Shown: positions 36,907-49,410 of the stretch, piece by piece
How the letters are laid out: every line of letters starts with the position of its first letter
Position numbering within the stretch: position 1 is the first letter of the stretch
From: Mobula hypostoma
Lineage: Eukaryota
Assembly (NCBI RefSeq): GCF_963921235.1
Contig: NC_086108.1
Location: forward strand, 72,418,001-72,482,000
DNA: 64,000 bases
Reading direction: 5' to 3'
Program-made: the position numbers and the translations under genes
Notes under the pieces: model-generated
What the model was told of the DNA's origin: nothing
Databases searched by the model: none
What the model saw: the letters and a program-made list of their open reading frames with translations, nothing else

Positions 36907-39750
36907 TAAGACCATAAGATATAGGAGCAGAAATAGGCCATTCAGCCCATTGAGTCTGCTCCGCCATTCAATCATGGGCTGATCCAATTCTTCCAGTCAT
37001 CCCTATTCCCCTGACTTCTCCGCATACCAGTTGATGCCCTGGCTAATCAGGAACCTATCTATCTCTGCCTTAAGTACACCCAATGGCTTGGCCTCCACAG
37101 CTGTTCATGGCAACAAATTCCACAGATTTACCACCCTCTGACTAAATTAATTTCTCCGCATCTTTGTTCTAAATGAATGTCCTTCAATCCTGAATTTGTG
37201 CCCTCTTGTCCTAGACTCTCCTACCATGGGAAATAACTTTGCCTTATTAATCTGTTAAGGCTTCTTAACATTTGGAAGGTTTCTATGAGATCCCTCCTCA
37301 TTCTCCTGAACTCCGGGGAATACAGCCCAAGAGCTGCCAGATGTTCCTTATACAGTAACCCTTCCATTCCTGGAATCATTCTCGTAAATCTTCTCTGAAC
37401 CCTTTCCAATGTCAGTATATTCTTTCTAAAATAAGGAACCAAAACTGCATACAATACTCCAAGTGTGGTCTCACAAGTGCCTTATAGAGCCTCAACATCA
37501 CATCCCTGCTCTTATATTCTCTCGAAATGAATGCCAACATTGCATTCGCCGTCTTCACCATCGACTCAACCTGGAGGTTAACCTGTAGGGTATCCCGCAC
37601 AAGGATTCCCAGGTCCTTTTGCATCTCTGCTTTTTGAATTCTCTCCCTGTCTAAATAATAGTCTGCCCGTTATTTCTTCCACCAAAGTGCATGACTATAC
37701 ACTTTCCACTATTGTATTTCATTTGCCACTTCTTTGCCCATTCCCCTGAACTATCTAAATCTCTCTGCAGGCTCTCTGTTTCCTCAACACTACCCGCTCC
37801 CCCATCTATCTTTGTATCACCGGTAAATTTAGCCACTAATCCCATAGTCCAAATCATTGACATACTCTGTAAAAAGCAGTGGTCCCAACACCGACCCCTG
37901 TTGAACTCCACTGGTAACTGGCAGCCAGCCAGAATAGGATCGTTTTATTCCTACTCTGCTGATCAACCAATGCTCCACCCATGTTAGTAACTCCCCTGTA
38001 ATCCCATGGGCTCTTATCTTGCTAAGCAGCCTCACGTGTGGCACCTTGTCAAAGGCCATCTAAAAATCCAAGTACACCACATTTACTACATCTCCTTTGT
38101 CTACCCTGCTTGTAATTTCCTTAAAGAATTTCAGTAGGTTAGTCAGGTAGGATTTTCCTTTCAGGAAACCATGTTGGCTTTGGCCTATCTTGTCATGTGC
38201 CTAAAGGTATTCCATAATCTCATCCCTAACAATCGATTCCAACAACTTCCCAACCACTGATGTCAGGCTAACAGATCTATAGTTTCCTTTCTGCTGCCTC
38301 CCACCCTTCTTAAATAGCAGAGTAACATTTGCAGTTTTCCAGTCATCCAGTACAATGCCAGAATCTATCGATTCTCGAAAGGTCATTGTTAATGCCTCCG
38401 CAGTCTCTGCAGCTACTTCCTTCAGGGGTGCATTCCATCAGGTCCAGGAGATTTATCCAAACTCAGACCATTAAGCTTCTTTTTCAGTCGTAACTTTCAC
38501 TGCACATACTCCACTTCTCTGACACTCTTGAATGTCCGGTATACTGCAGTTGTCTTCCACTGTGAAGACTGATGCAAAATATACATTCAGTTCCTCCGCC
38601 ATCTCTCATTTCAATATCTCCAGTATCATTTTCTATTGGTCCTATATCTACCCTCAACTCTCTTTTACCCTTTATATACTTAAAAAAGCTTTTAGTATTT
38701 TCTTTGATATTAATTGCCAGCTTCTTTTCATAATTCATCTTTTTCTTCCTAATGACCTTCTTAGTTTCCTTCTGCAAGTTTTTAAAAGCTTCCCAATCCT
38801 CTGTCTTCCCACTTGCTTTGGCTTCCTTGTATGCCCTCTCTTTTGCTTTTACTTTGGCTCTGACTTCACTTGTTAGCAATGGTAGTGTCCTTCTTCCATT
38901 TGAAAATTTCCTCTAATTTGGAATATATCTGTCTTGCACTTACCTCATTTTTTGCAGAAACTCCGGCCATTGCTGCTCTGCTGTCCTTCCTGCTAGTGTC
39001 CCTTTCCAGTCAACCTTGGCCAGTTCCCCTGTCATGCCATTGCAACTTCCTTTATTCCACTGAAACACTGACACATTGGAATTTAGTTTTTCCTTCTCAA
39101 ATTTCAAAGTGATCACAATTTCGGTCATATTGTGATCACTATTTCCTCAGGGTTCCTTAACCTTAAGCTCTCTTATTATCTCCGGATCATTGCACAACAC
39201 CCAATCCCCAAGTGGGCTCAACAACAAGCTGTTCTAAAAAGCTATCCCTTAGACATTCTACAAATTTTCTCTCTTGAGGTCCAGTACTGGTCTAGTTTTC
39301 CCAATCCACTTTCATGTTAAAATCCCCAACGATTATCATGATATTGCCCTTCTGACATGCCTTTTCTATCTCCTGCCGTAATTTGTAATCCACATCCGGC
39401 TGCTGTTTGGAGGCTTGTATACATCTGTCATTAGGGTCCTTTTACTCTTGCCATTTCTTAACTCAATCCATAGAGACTCTACGCCTTCCGATCTTATGTC
39501 ATCCCTCTCTAATGATCTAATATTATTTCTTATACACATCGCCACACCACCCCCTCTGCCTACTAACCTATCTTTCTGATACACCATATATCCTTGGACG
39601 TTCAACTCCTAATGGCAGCCATCCTTTAGCCAAGTTTCAGAAATGGCCACAACGTCATACTTGCCAATCTGTAGCTGAATTTCAGGATTGGCCATTTTAT
39701 TTCTAATGCTGCATGCATTCAAATACAACACTTTTAGTCCAGTATTTGTT
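36907..39750 (-). mobile_element. 5'-truncated CR1 LINE (ORF2 EN-RT)
   Basis: [85 protein letters not shown]. 3' tail at 36907. Confidence 0.92.
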
Positions 39751-39839
39751 GAAGGGATTTGGCTGTTTAAATGGTTCAGCATGGAATACATGGGCCAACT
39801 GGCCTTCTGCTGTGCTTTACTTTTATATGACTAGGTCTA

Positions 39840-40865
39840 AACTGTCCTTTTGAGAGATGATCCTTGGTTCCAGGTACCCCAACCAGAGAAAACATTAACT
39901 TAGCATCTGTCTTGCTAAGCCCTTAACAATTTGTATGCTACAATGAAATTACTCCCACTCTTCTATCTCAAAATAATGAAGGCTTATCAGCTTAATTACT
40001 CATATGGCAAAGCCGCTATTGCAGGACCCAATTTGGTGAAACATTACAGCAGTCCGTCTATTACAAGTATATTCTTGCATAGGTAAGAAGACCAAACTTT
40101 TATACAGTATACAGAGTACAGTCTCAGCAGGTTTCTGTATAATTGAAGTAAGATGTCTCTACTCTTATACTCTGTTCCTATTTCAATAAATTGTTTGATG
40201 AACTGTATATTAACATTTAATGATTTTATACAGGATGCTTAAGGCCCTTTGACACAAGCATCTGACAGCCTGTCACAATTTAATTATTCAAACTTTCTGT
40301 TTTTAATTCTCAAGTGGATGACTTCATATTTTTCCTACATTACATTGTATTTGCCATGTCTTTGCCCATTCATCAATTCTATTTCCTCCTAAAGCTTTTC
40401 TTCCATCTTCCACATTGTAAACACTTTCATCCAACTCTGCATCATCAGCAACTAGATTGTCTCATCTAAACAACTGGTAGAGGTTTTGTTTAATTTTGTC
40501 ATGAATGGGATGTAAATAGATGGCTTCTGAAACTCCAGGTCATGGCACATGATCTGGTTCAACCTTATCTGTTTGCTAGCTATAACTTCAAAAGGCTCTA
40601 GTGAATTTATCAAACATGATTTCTCTCACATAAATTTGTTAATTCTGTACAATGCTCTTATTATTTTCCAAGAGCCTTTTATTTCTCTTCAGTACCTAAA
40701 CAATGAGGTTACATTTGCAAGTGTCCAGTCTGTGGCAACCCTTCCAGAATCTATGGAATTTTGGAAGTGGACAGCCAGCAAATCCATTAACTTCCTATTT
40801 TTCATTTTAAGAACATTAGGAGGCAAAATATCAGGCCCAGTGTATTTATTCACTCTCATTAATTA
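39840..40865 (-). mobile_element. Ancient CR1 fragment (3' end probably at 36320-36550)
   Basis: Degenerate reverse-complement RT sequence, e.g. AAGTGGATGACTTCATATTTT, TCTGCATCATCAGCAA, CCAGTCTGTGGCAACCCTTCCAGAATCTATGGAATTTTGGAAG. Confidence 0.6.
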
Positions 40866-41289
40866 CAGACTCAAGGCACCAACATTTATGGGGGGAGGGA
40901 GAATGGGGTTGAGAGGGGAAAATGAATCAGCCACATTCTACCGGTGGAGGAGTCTCAATAGGCCAAATGACCTAATTCCGCTCCAATATTCTGTAATATT
41001 GAAAGAAAAGTGCTAATTTTGTTGAGTTATTTACAGTCCTCTACTATATTAAGGAAGTTTATTGTACAGTTTTCTCTGACACTCAATTTCTCTGCCAGTT
41101 CTTACTCCCCAATGTAATTTCTCCTGAATTGGTGGGTATTGGATCAATATTAACTTTCATCAAAATTTTCCTTTTATATTTCTATAGAAACTCTTAGAAG
41201 TTGTTCTGTTTCTTGCTAGCATTTTCTTTTCATGAATATCTTGGTCCTTGTTGGCTGATAATTAATAATCCTGAGGCCTTTTACTAATT

Positions 41290-42095
41290 GGGCTAATCTC
41301 AAATAATAATGAGGCAGCCTACAGGGAAGAAGTCATCACCCTGACACTGTGGTGTCAAGAAAACAACCTCTCCCTCAATGTCGCAAAAACAAGGGAGCTG
41401 GTTATGGACTACAGGAGGAATGGAGACAGGCTAGCCCCTATTGACATCAGTGGATTTGGGGCTGAGAGGGCGAACAGCTTTAAATTCTTCGGCATAAACA
41501 TCACCGAGGATCTCACATGGTCCGTACATACCGGCTGTGTGGTGAAAAAGGCACAACAGCACCTCTTTCACCTTAGATGGTTGAAGAAGTTTGGTATGGG
41601 CCCCCAGATACTAAAAACTTTCTATAGGGGCACAGTTGAGAGCATCACTGCCTGATATGGGAACTGTACTTCCCTCAATCACAGGACTCTGCAGAGTGGT
41701 GCAGACAGCCCAGAGCATCTGTAGATCTGAACTTCCCACTATTCAGGACATTTACAAAGATAGGTGCACAAAAAGGGCCCAAAGGATCGTTGGGGACCCG
41801 AGTCACCCCAACCACAAACTGTTTCAGCTGCTACCAGCTGGGAAATGGTATCGCAGCATAAAAGCCAGGACCAGCAGGCTCCGGGACAGCTTCTTCCACC
41901 AATGAGTTAAGCAATCAGACTGCTTAATTCATGCTGATACAATTGTATTTCTATGTTATATTGACTGTCCTGTTGTACATACTATTTATTATAAATTACT
42001 ATAAATTGCACATATCACATTTAGACAGATGTTTCCTGTTCATGTATATGAAGGATGTAAGTAATAAAGTCAACTCAAATAAAGTCAATTCGATT
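41290..42095 (+). mobile_element. Rex1/Babar-like 3' fragment
   Basis: AYREEV..WCQENNLSLNVAKTRELVMDYRR..NSFKFFG..DLTWSVHT..KKAQQHLFHLR..; HPNHKLFQLLPAGK..RLRDSFF. Repeated AATAAAGTCAA tail. Confidence 0.85.
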
Positions 42096-44371
42096 TGGTT
42101 TTCGTATATTTTGTAAGCCTTTTCCTTAACTTTATGTTTTAATGTTTCTTAATTGTATATATGATTTTTTTTGTGTTCTATCGCTGAGCAGCAGTGAACC
42201 ATCAGATTGGCCTGTCAGAGTTCTCTTTGGGAACTAGTTGACTTGATCAGAATTTCTGATCTGGCTATTGTTCACGATTGCATTTAATAAAATAAATAAA
42301 TAAATCTTAACTTAAAAGTCAACACTGGATCATATTTCCTATTCTTTATCTGACAGGCATATATTTAACTTAAAAAATATGTAATAATTATTTAAAGGTT
42401 AGCCATTGTTATACAATGATCTTTATTAATTTATTTTCCTAGAATACCATAGCCAACTCATGGCTCATATAATCATACTTGCTTTATCCAGATTTGAGAG
42501 CATGGTTTCTGATTGAATTTAGATTGCTTTCAATTCCTATAAAATATTCGATCTCAGAGTTTTACATTCCAATTGTAATTTTTTTATGTTGATATATCTT
42601 TGTTCTTATCAAGCCCTCAATAGAAACAGCATTAAGTCCAAATTAAACATTGCAATTTATTTTTCTTCTCTGACCTTTAAAGGAGGGATTTGTGCTGATG
42701 AAATAAAAATGAACGTAAGAATCTGAGAGATGCAGAAGCATCTTATCATTCTTAAATATCACTGATGTTTCTGGTGGTAAACTTAGATAGGCACAGAGAT
42801 GATAGAAAAATGGAGAGATGTGAAGGAAAGGAGGGTCAGGTTGATCTTGGAGAAAGTTAAAAGGTCAGCACAACATTGTGGACCAAAGGCTCTGCAATGA
42901 ACTGTCAGGTTTCAAGTTCTATAACCATTCCTTTCTAATCCTCCTTTAACTGCTGCATCATCAATAATTTCAATTAATCCAAAGAGGCCTAGATTATAAA
43001 TACTGAATAAGTATTGTCTCCAGTTGAAAATATCTTGATTAAAGAGAGGTTGCATCTTCAGTTTCTGAAGGATAAATCACTGATTGCCACAGATTGTTAT
43101 GGTGCCAGCTTGCATGGCTGGGATGTTCCGCTTGATCTCCAGATTCCTACTGAAAGATAACGTGGCATACAATTCATCAATGAACAGAAAGATCTTTTAA
43201 ATGAGGAAGTCATAAATGAATTTTCATAGATGTCTTGAAGCTTCTAACCTGTCTCACTACTATATCTTATTTGGGCAAACTATTACCATATGCTGCAGAC
43301 AACCAAACACAATCCATACGACTGCAGGTATTTTTCAATGATTTCAGGGTAATACCCTTGTTTCTTTTCCTAAAAGACCACAGGGTGAAGTTCCCCATGT
43401 ATGTGTTTAATTCCCTGGGCTTTCTTCCACAGTAATTAAAACCTTTCCGTGATTTCTGAGGGAAAGAACACTTGTCATCACGTTTAGGTTGCAGAACGTC
43501 AGCAGAAAATGAACATCTATTCCCATATTGCAGTTTATGAAAATATAGCATAGAGTTTATAGGAGAATTGGAGGTGAAATTAAGCTAGGATTTTGATTGA
43601 ACGTTAATCTGTAAAAATCCAGAACACTTATTTGGTCCAGATAAAGAAAGTTACTGAACTCCCTACTTTTTAGTAAAAGAAAGAAGGACTTTGTTTCCAG
43701 TGTGTGTAACAGCTGCAGTATTTTATAATAAAATGCCAAGAAATTTGGATATTATATACTCTAAAGGAATATTGTTCATACTGCACTCATTATGGTTTGT
43801 GGGATAAATAATGTTTTCAAGCTTTGGTGATGAATGAACAACATTTTTGTGACTGTTAGCTGGGGCCCCTTTAATTTCACTTTAGCAGTCTTTTTAAAAT
43901 TGAGCCCAAGTCTTGCTCTTAAAGTTCCCAGCCTTTCAAACCACCATTGTGTATTGGAACAGGAATGTTTTTTCGCATTCCATGGCCCCCATGGTGAACC
44001 TGTCAAAAATCCAGAGATCAGCACTTTAAAATTAAGTTATGCAGAGTGCACATGGGAGTCCTGCCAGCATTTGGTAAGATGTGCCTGAGAAGCTGAGAAT
44101 ATGTGGAAGAGGAGGAACGAAGTCATTTACGGGCAATGCTGCAAGACTCAGCACAGGGTTGCAATTAAAGTGGAGCCAACATCTCTTAGGAAGATGAAAA
44201 CATGGCTCAAGAAACAAAGAAACTATCAAGCATTCAAATGGAAACAGTCTGGTGAAAATATGTAAATTTTAGTCATAAATCTTCTACAGTTTTGTTGATC
44301 ATAATACATTAATGCTGTTCACACTTGTTTTGTTGTTATTTTCCCAAGAATGAGAAAAGATATTAAAGATT

Positions 44372-44890
44372 AGGCATATGATAGGGCAAAATTGCAGTCA
44401 ATAGGAGCCAGGATGTGGGCTACAAATTACAATGGTGATAGAAAAGTTATGTCAAAAGGGCAATGTTATGATAGTCATGGGGGGGTTTCAATATGCGGAT
44501 AGATTGCAAAAAGCAGTTTGGTGCTGGATCCCAAGAGAAAATTTGTTGAATGGCTACAAGATGGCTTTTTAGAGCAGCTTGGGTTTGAGCCCACTAGGGG
44601 ATCAGCTGTTCTGGATTGGATGTTGATTTGATTAGGGAGCTTGAGGTAAAGCAATGCCTCAGAGGTAGTGATCCTAATATGACAGAATTCACCCTGCAAT
44701 TTAAGTGGGAACTAAAGACAGATGTATCAGTATTACAGTGGTTGATAGGTTATTGATTAGTCAGGCTGTGAAAGGTTATGGGGGGAAAGCATGCGAGTGA
44801 GTTTGAGAGGGAAATAGATCAACCATGATGAAATGGTGGAGCAGACTTGAATGGCTAAATGTCCTAATTCAGCTCCTATGTCTTAAGATC
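44372..44890 (+). mobile_element. Internally deleted CR1 (inter-ORF segment, EN piece and 3' UTR)
   Basis: GATAGGGCAAAATTGCAGTCA junction motif and EN-like sequence jump at ~44740 directly to the 3' UTR (GTTGATAGGTTATTGATTAG..CCTAATTCAGCTCCTATG). Confidence 0.7.
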
Positions 44891-45149
44891 GTATCGTGGA
44901 ATCCATAATGACCTGGTAATCCTATAATATGTACTATATTCTAAAGGCTATTCAGTTTAAATCATGGGGTACTGTGCTTATTACACATGTTATACTGTTA
45001 CTGTTGTAGTATCAGGCAACAGTGTATGTATTTCTAATTATTTTATGTCACAGATAAACCCTTTCCAGATAAGTGCTTCTCTTATCCAAGCGCCCCTGAA
45101 TATTTGGGTAACTTTCTTTGCCTGCTCAGCAAGATCCTGTAAGAGAATC

Positions 45150-47630
45150 TAAGAGTGTGAAAGGAGCTGATGGGAAGGAGGAGAGAATGCAATGGGTTTA
45201 TTGAAGAAGTAGTTGTAAATGGTTCAGCACAGACGTTTAGGGATGAAGTGCATCGAGCTGCGGTTTCTAACAACTGCATTAAAGAGTTAGAGCTGGAACT
45301 GGATGAACTCTGGATCATTGGGGAGGCTGCAGGGGTGATAGAGAGGACATACAGAGAGGTAGTTACACCCAAGGTGCAGGACACAGGAAACTGGGTAGCA
45401 GTCAGGAAGGGGAAAAGGTCAAAGGAACCACTGCAGAGTACTCCTGTGGCCATCCCCCTCAACAACAGGTATATCACTTTGGATACTGTTGGAAGAATGA
45501 CTTAATAGAAGAAAGTCACAGTGGCTGAGTCTCTGTCACTGAGTCTGCCTCTGTGCCTCAGAAGGGAAGGGATGGAGAAAAGGCACGCTGTGGTGAGAGG
45601 GGTTTCATTAATTCGGGGAATGGACAGGAGGTTCTGTGGGTGAGAATGGGAATCCCAGTTGGTATGTCTCCCCCCCCCCTCCCCCGGGTGCCAGGGTCCA
45701 GGATGTCTCAGAAAGAGTCCTCAGGCTTTTAAGTGAGAGGGTGAACAGCCAGAAGTCGTGGTCCATGTAGGTAACAATGACGTGGGTAGGATGTGTGATG
45801 AGGTTCTGCATAGGGAGTTCAGGGAGTTGGATGCTAAGTTAAAGGGCAGGACCTCTAGCGTTGTGATCTCAGGATTGCTACCTGTGCCACGATCTAGTGA
45901 GGCCAGAACTAGGAAGATTATACAGTTTAATACGTAGCTAAGAAATTGGTGTAGGAGGGAGGGCATAAGGTTTTTGGATCATTAGTCTCTCTTCCAGGGG
46001 TGGTGGGACCTGTACTGAAGGGACAGTTTGCACCAGGACTGGCAGGGGACTAATATCTGAGTGAGAAGTTATGTAAATGCTGCATGGTGGGGTTTAAACG
46101 AGAGTTGCAGGGTGATGGGAATCAGAGTGCCAAAACAGTTAGTGGAGAGGTTGTGGAGGCAGATGTTGGTAAGACCTCAGACAAAGTTAGGAATCAAAAG
46201 GTTGAACATGCTGTGACTAGTCCTGAGCTGATTATATTTCAGTGCAAGAAGAATCGTAGGAAAGGCGGATAATAGTGCTGAAGATGGAATAGCTGGTTTA
46301 CAAACAGAGGCAATGTGTAGTGAGGAGAGGCTGTTGATAGGGCAACATTGCAGTCAACAGGATGAAAAGGTGAATGCAGGACTGAAAGTGTTGTATTTGA
46401 ATGTGTGCAATATATGGAATAATGTAGACAAGCTTGCAGCACAGTTGTAGATTGGCAGGTATGATCACTGAACATTGGCTGAAAGATTATAGCTGGAAGC
46501 TTAATGTCCCAGGATACAATTTATACCAAAAGGATAGGCAGGAAGACAGAGGGAGTGGCATTGCTCCATTGGTTAAAAAAAATGAAATTAATCATTCAAA
46601 AGAGGTGACATGGGGTCGGAAGGTGTTGAATCATTCTGAATGGAGTTAAGGAACTGCAAGAGTCAAAAGACCCTGGTGGGAGTTGTATACAGACCCCCAC
46701 ACATTAATAAGGATATGGTCTACAAATTACAATTGGAGATAGAAAATGCATGCACAAGGCAATGTTACAACAGTCACGGGGGACTTCAATAGATTGGGAA
46801 AGTAGATTGGGAAAATCAGGTTGGTGCTGGATTCTAAGAGGGGGAGTTTCTAGAGTGCCTAGAAGATGGCTTTTTTAGAGCAGCGTGTGGTTGAACCCAC
46901 TCAAGGATTAGCTATTCCTGAATGGGCGTTGAGCAATGAAACAGAATTGATTAGAGAGCTCAAGGTAAAGGAATCCTGAGGGGAACGTGATCATAGTATG
47001 GTCGCATTCAGCTTGAAAATTGAAAAGGAGAAGCTTAAGTCAAATACACCAGTATTGCAGTGGAGTAGAGGGAATTACAGAGGCATGAGAGAGGATTTGG
47101 CCAGAATTGATTGGAAAAGAACACTGGCAGGGATGACAGCAGAGCAGCAATGGCTGGAATTCCTGGAAACAATTCAGAAGGCACAGGGTATATTCTTCCC
47201 AAGGAGACATATTCTAAAGGAAAGTTGACACAATCGTGCCGAACAGGAGAAGTCAAAGCCAACATACAAGCCAAAGAGAGGGCATATAATAGAGCAGAAA
47301 TTAATGGGAAGTTAGAGGATTGGGAAGCTTTTTTAAAAAAAAGACAAACAACAGAATGGAACTGAAAAATCATTAAAGATGGAATATGAAAGTAAGTTGG
47401 CTAATGATAGAGAATACAAGAAGTTTCTTCAGATACGTAGTGTAAAAGAGAAGTGAGAGTGGATATTAGATTGCTGGAAAACGATACTGGAGATATAGTA
47501 ATGGAAAAGTTCAGGCAAACTGAATGTATTTTGCATCAGCCTTCACAGTGGAAGACACTAGCAGTATGTTGGAAATTCTAGGTGTCGGGGGCATGAAGTG
47601 TGTAAGTTTCTGTAACTAGAGAGAAGGTTC
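45150..47630 (+). mobile_element. Near-full-length CR1 LINE, 5' part (ORF1 plus EN)
   Basis: IKELELELDELWII..YREVVTPKVQDTGNWVAVRKGK..IPLNNRY. Esterase VVVHVGNND..VVISGLLPVP. EN and linker motifs. Confidence 0.9.
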
Positions 47631-48669
47631 ACTAAGGAGGACATAAATAATCTTCCGGAAATAGTAGGGGACTGAAGGTATAGTGAGATGGAGGAACTGA
47701 GGGAAATACATGTTAGTAGGAAGTGGTGTTAGGTAAATTGAAGGGATTAAAGGCAGATAAATCCCCAGGGCAGATGGTCTGCATCCCAGAGTGCTTAAGG
47801 AAGTAGCCCAAGAAATAGAGGATGCATTAGTGATAATTTTTCAAAACTCTTTAGATTCTGGATTAGTTCCCGAGGATTGGAGGGTAGCTAATGTAACCCC
47901 ACTTTTTAAGAAAGGAGGGAGAGTGAAACAGAGGAATTATAGACCGGTTAGCCTAACGTCGGTGGTGGGGAAAATGCTAGAGTCAGTTATCAAAGATGTG
48001 ATTACAGCACATTTGGAAAGCGGTGAAATCATCGGACAAAGTCAGCATGGATTTGTGAAAGGAAAATCATGTCTGACGAATCTCATAGAATTTTTTGAGG
48101 ATGTAACTAGTAGAGTGGATGGGGAGAACATGGTTTTGGGGGTATGGTATTGATGTGGATAGAGAATTGGTTGGCAGACAGGAAGCAAAGAGTGGGAATA
48201 AACGGAACCTTTTCAGAATGGCAGGCAGTGACTAGTGGGGTACCGCAAGGCTCAGTGCTGGGACCCCAATTGTTTACAATATATATTAATGACTTAGACG
48301 AGGGAATTAAATGCAGCATCTCCAAGTTTGCAGATGACACAAAGCTGGGTGGCAGTGTTAGCTGTGAGGAGGATGCTAAGAGGATGCAGGGTGACTTGGA
48401 TAGGTTAGGTGAGTGGGTAAATTCATGGCAGATACAATTTAATGTGGATAAATGTGAGGTTATCCACTTTGGTGGCAAGAACAGGAAAACAGATTATTAT
48501 CTGAATGGTGGCCGATTAGGAAAAGGGGAGGTGCAACAAGACCTGGGTGTCATTGTACACCAGTCATTGAAAGTGGGCATACAGGTACAGCAGGCAGTGA
48601 AAAAGGCGAATGGCATGCTGGCATTCATAGCAAGAGGATTCGAGTACAGGAACAGGGAGGTTCTACTGC

Positions 48670-48806
48670 AAACGACAGGAATTCTGCAGATGCAACGTTT
48701 CAGTGAGTCCTGACGAAGGGTCTCGGCCTGAAACTTCGACTGTACCTCTTCCTAGAGATGCTGCCTGGCCTGCTGTGTTCACCAGCAACTTTGATGTGTG
48801 TTGCTT
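48670..48806 (+). mobile_element. PLE-terminus insertion with 5' inversion, inside the CR1 RT
   Basis: 13-bp direct repeat with 1 mismatch: GAGGTTCTACTGC (48657-48669) / GAGGTACTACTGC (48807-48819). Splits the CR1 peptide REVLL|LYKALVRPHL. Confidence 0.9.
48706..48741 (+). ncRNA. Minimal type I hammerhead ribozyme-like motif
   Basis: AGTC-CTGACGA-AGGGTCTCGGCCT-GAAA-CTTC-GACT. Helix I is AGTC/GACT, the core is CUGANGA plus GAAA, and the helix II hairpin is followed by a UC cleavage site at 48736-48737. Other copies show the palindromic helix III GAAACGTC. Confidence 0.7.
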
Positions 48807-49410
48807 GAGGTACTACTGCTGTTGTACAAGGCCTTGGTGAGACCACACCTGGCGTATTGTTTGCAGTTTTGGTCCCCTAATCTGAGGAAAGACATTCTTG
48901 CCATAGACGGAGTACAAAGGAGGTTCACCAGATTGATTCCTGGGATGGCAGGACTTTCATATGAAGAAAGATTGGATCGACTAGGCTTTTACTCGCTGGA
49001 ATTTAGAAGATTGAGGGGGGATCTTATTGAAATGTATAAAATTCTAAAGGGATTGGACAGACTAGACGCAGGAAGATTGTTCCCGATGTTGGGGAAGTCC
49101 AGAATGAGGGGCCACAGTTTAAGGTTAAAGGGGAAGCCTTTTAGGACCGAGATGAGGAAAAACTTCTTCACACGGAGAGTGGTGAATCTGTGGAATTCTC
49201 TGCCACAGGAAACAGTTGAGGCCAGTTCATTGGCTATATTTAAGAGGGAGTTAGATATGGCCCTTGTGGCTAAAGGGATCAGGGGTTATGGAGAGAAGGC
49301 AGGTACAGGGTTCTGAGTTGGATAATCAGCCATGATCATACTGAATGGCAGTGCAGGCTTGGAGGGCCGAATGCCCTACTCCTGCACCTATTTCCTATGT
49401 TTTTATGTTC

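Larger units (their letters stand above)
47631..49410 (+). mobile_element. Younger 5'-truncated CR1 nested in the CR1 above; RT frames largely open
   Basis: ORFs 47791-48153, 48144-48713 (GVPQGSVLGPQLFTIYINDLD..KFADDTKLG) and 48798-49316. Own 3' tail ends CTATGTTTTTATGTTC. The host reads through GAGAAGGTTC|TTGGGAAACT when this copy is removed. Confidence 0.92.

Noticed and set aside
47631..49410. Active CR1 element
   Set aside because: It is 5'-truncated, has a deletion with a frameshift near 48130, and is interrupted at 48670-48806.
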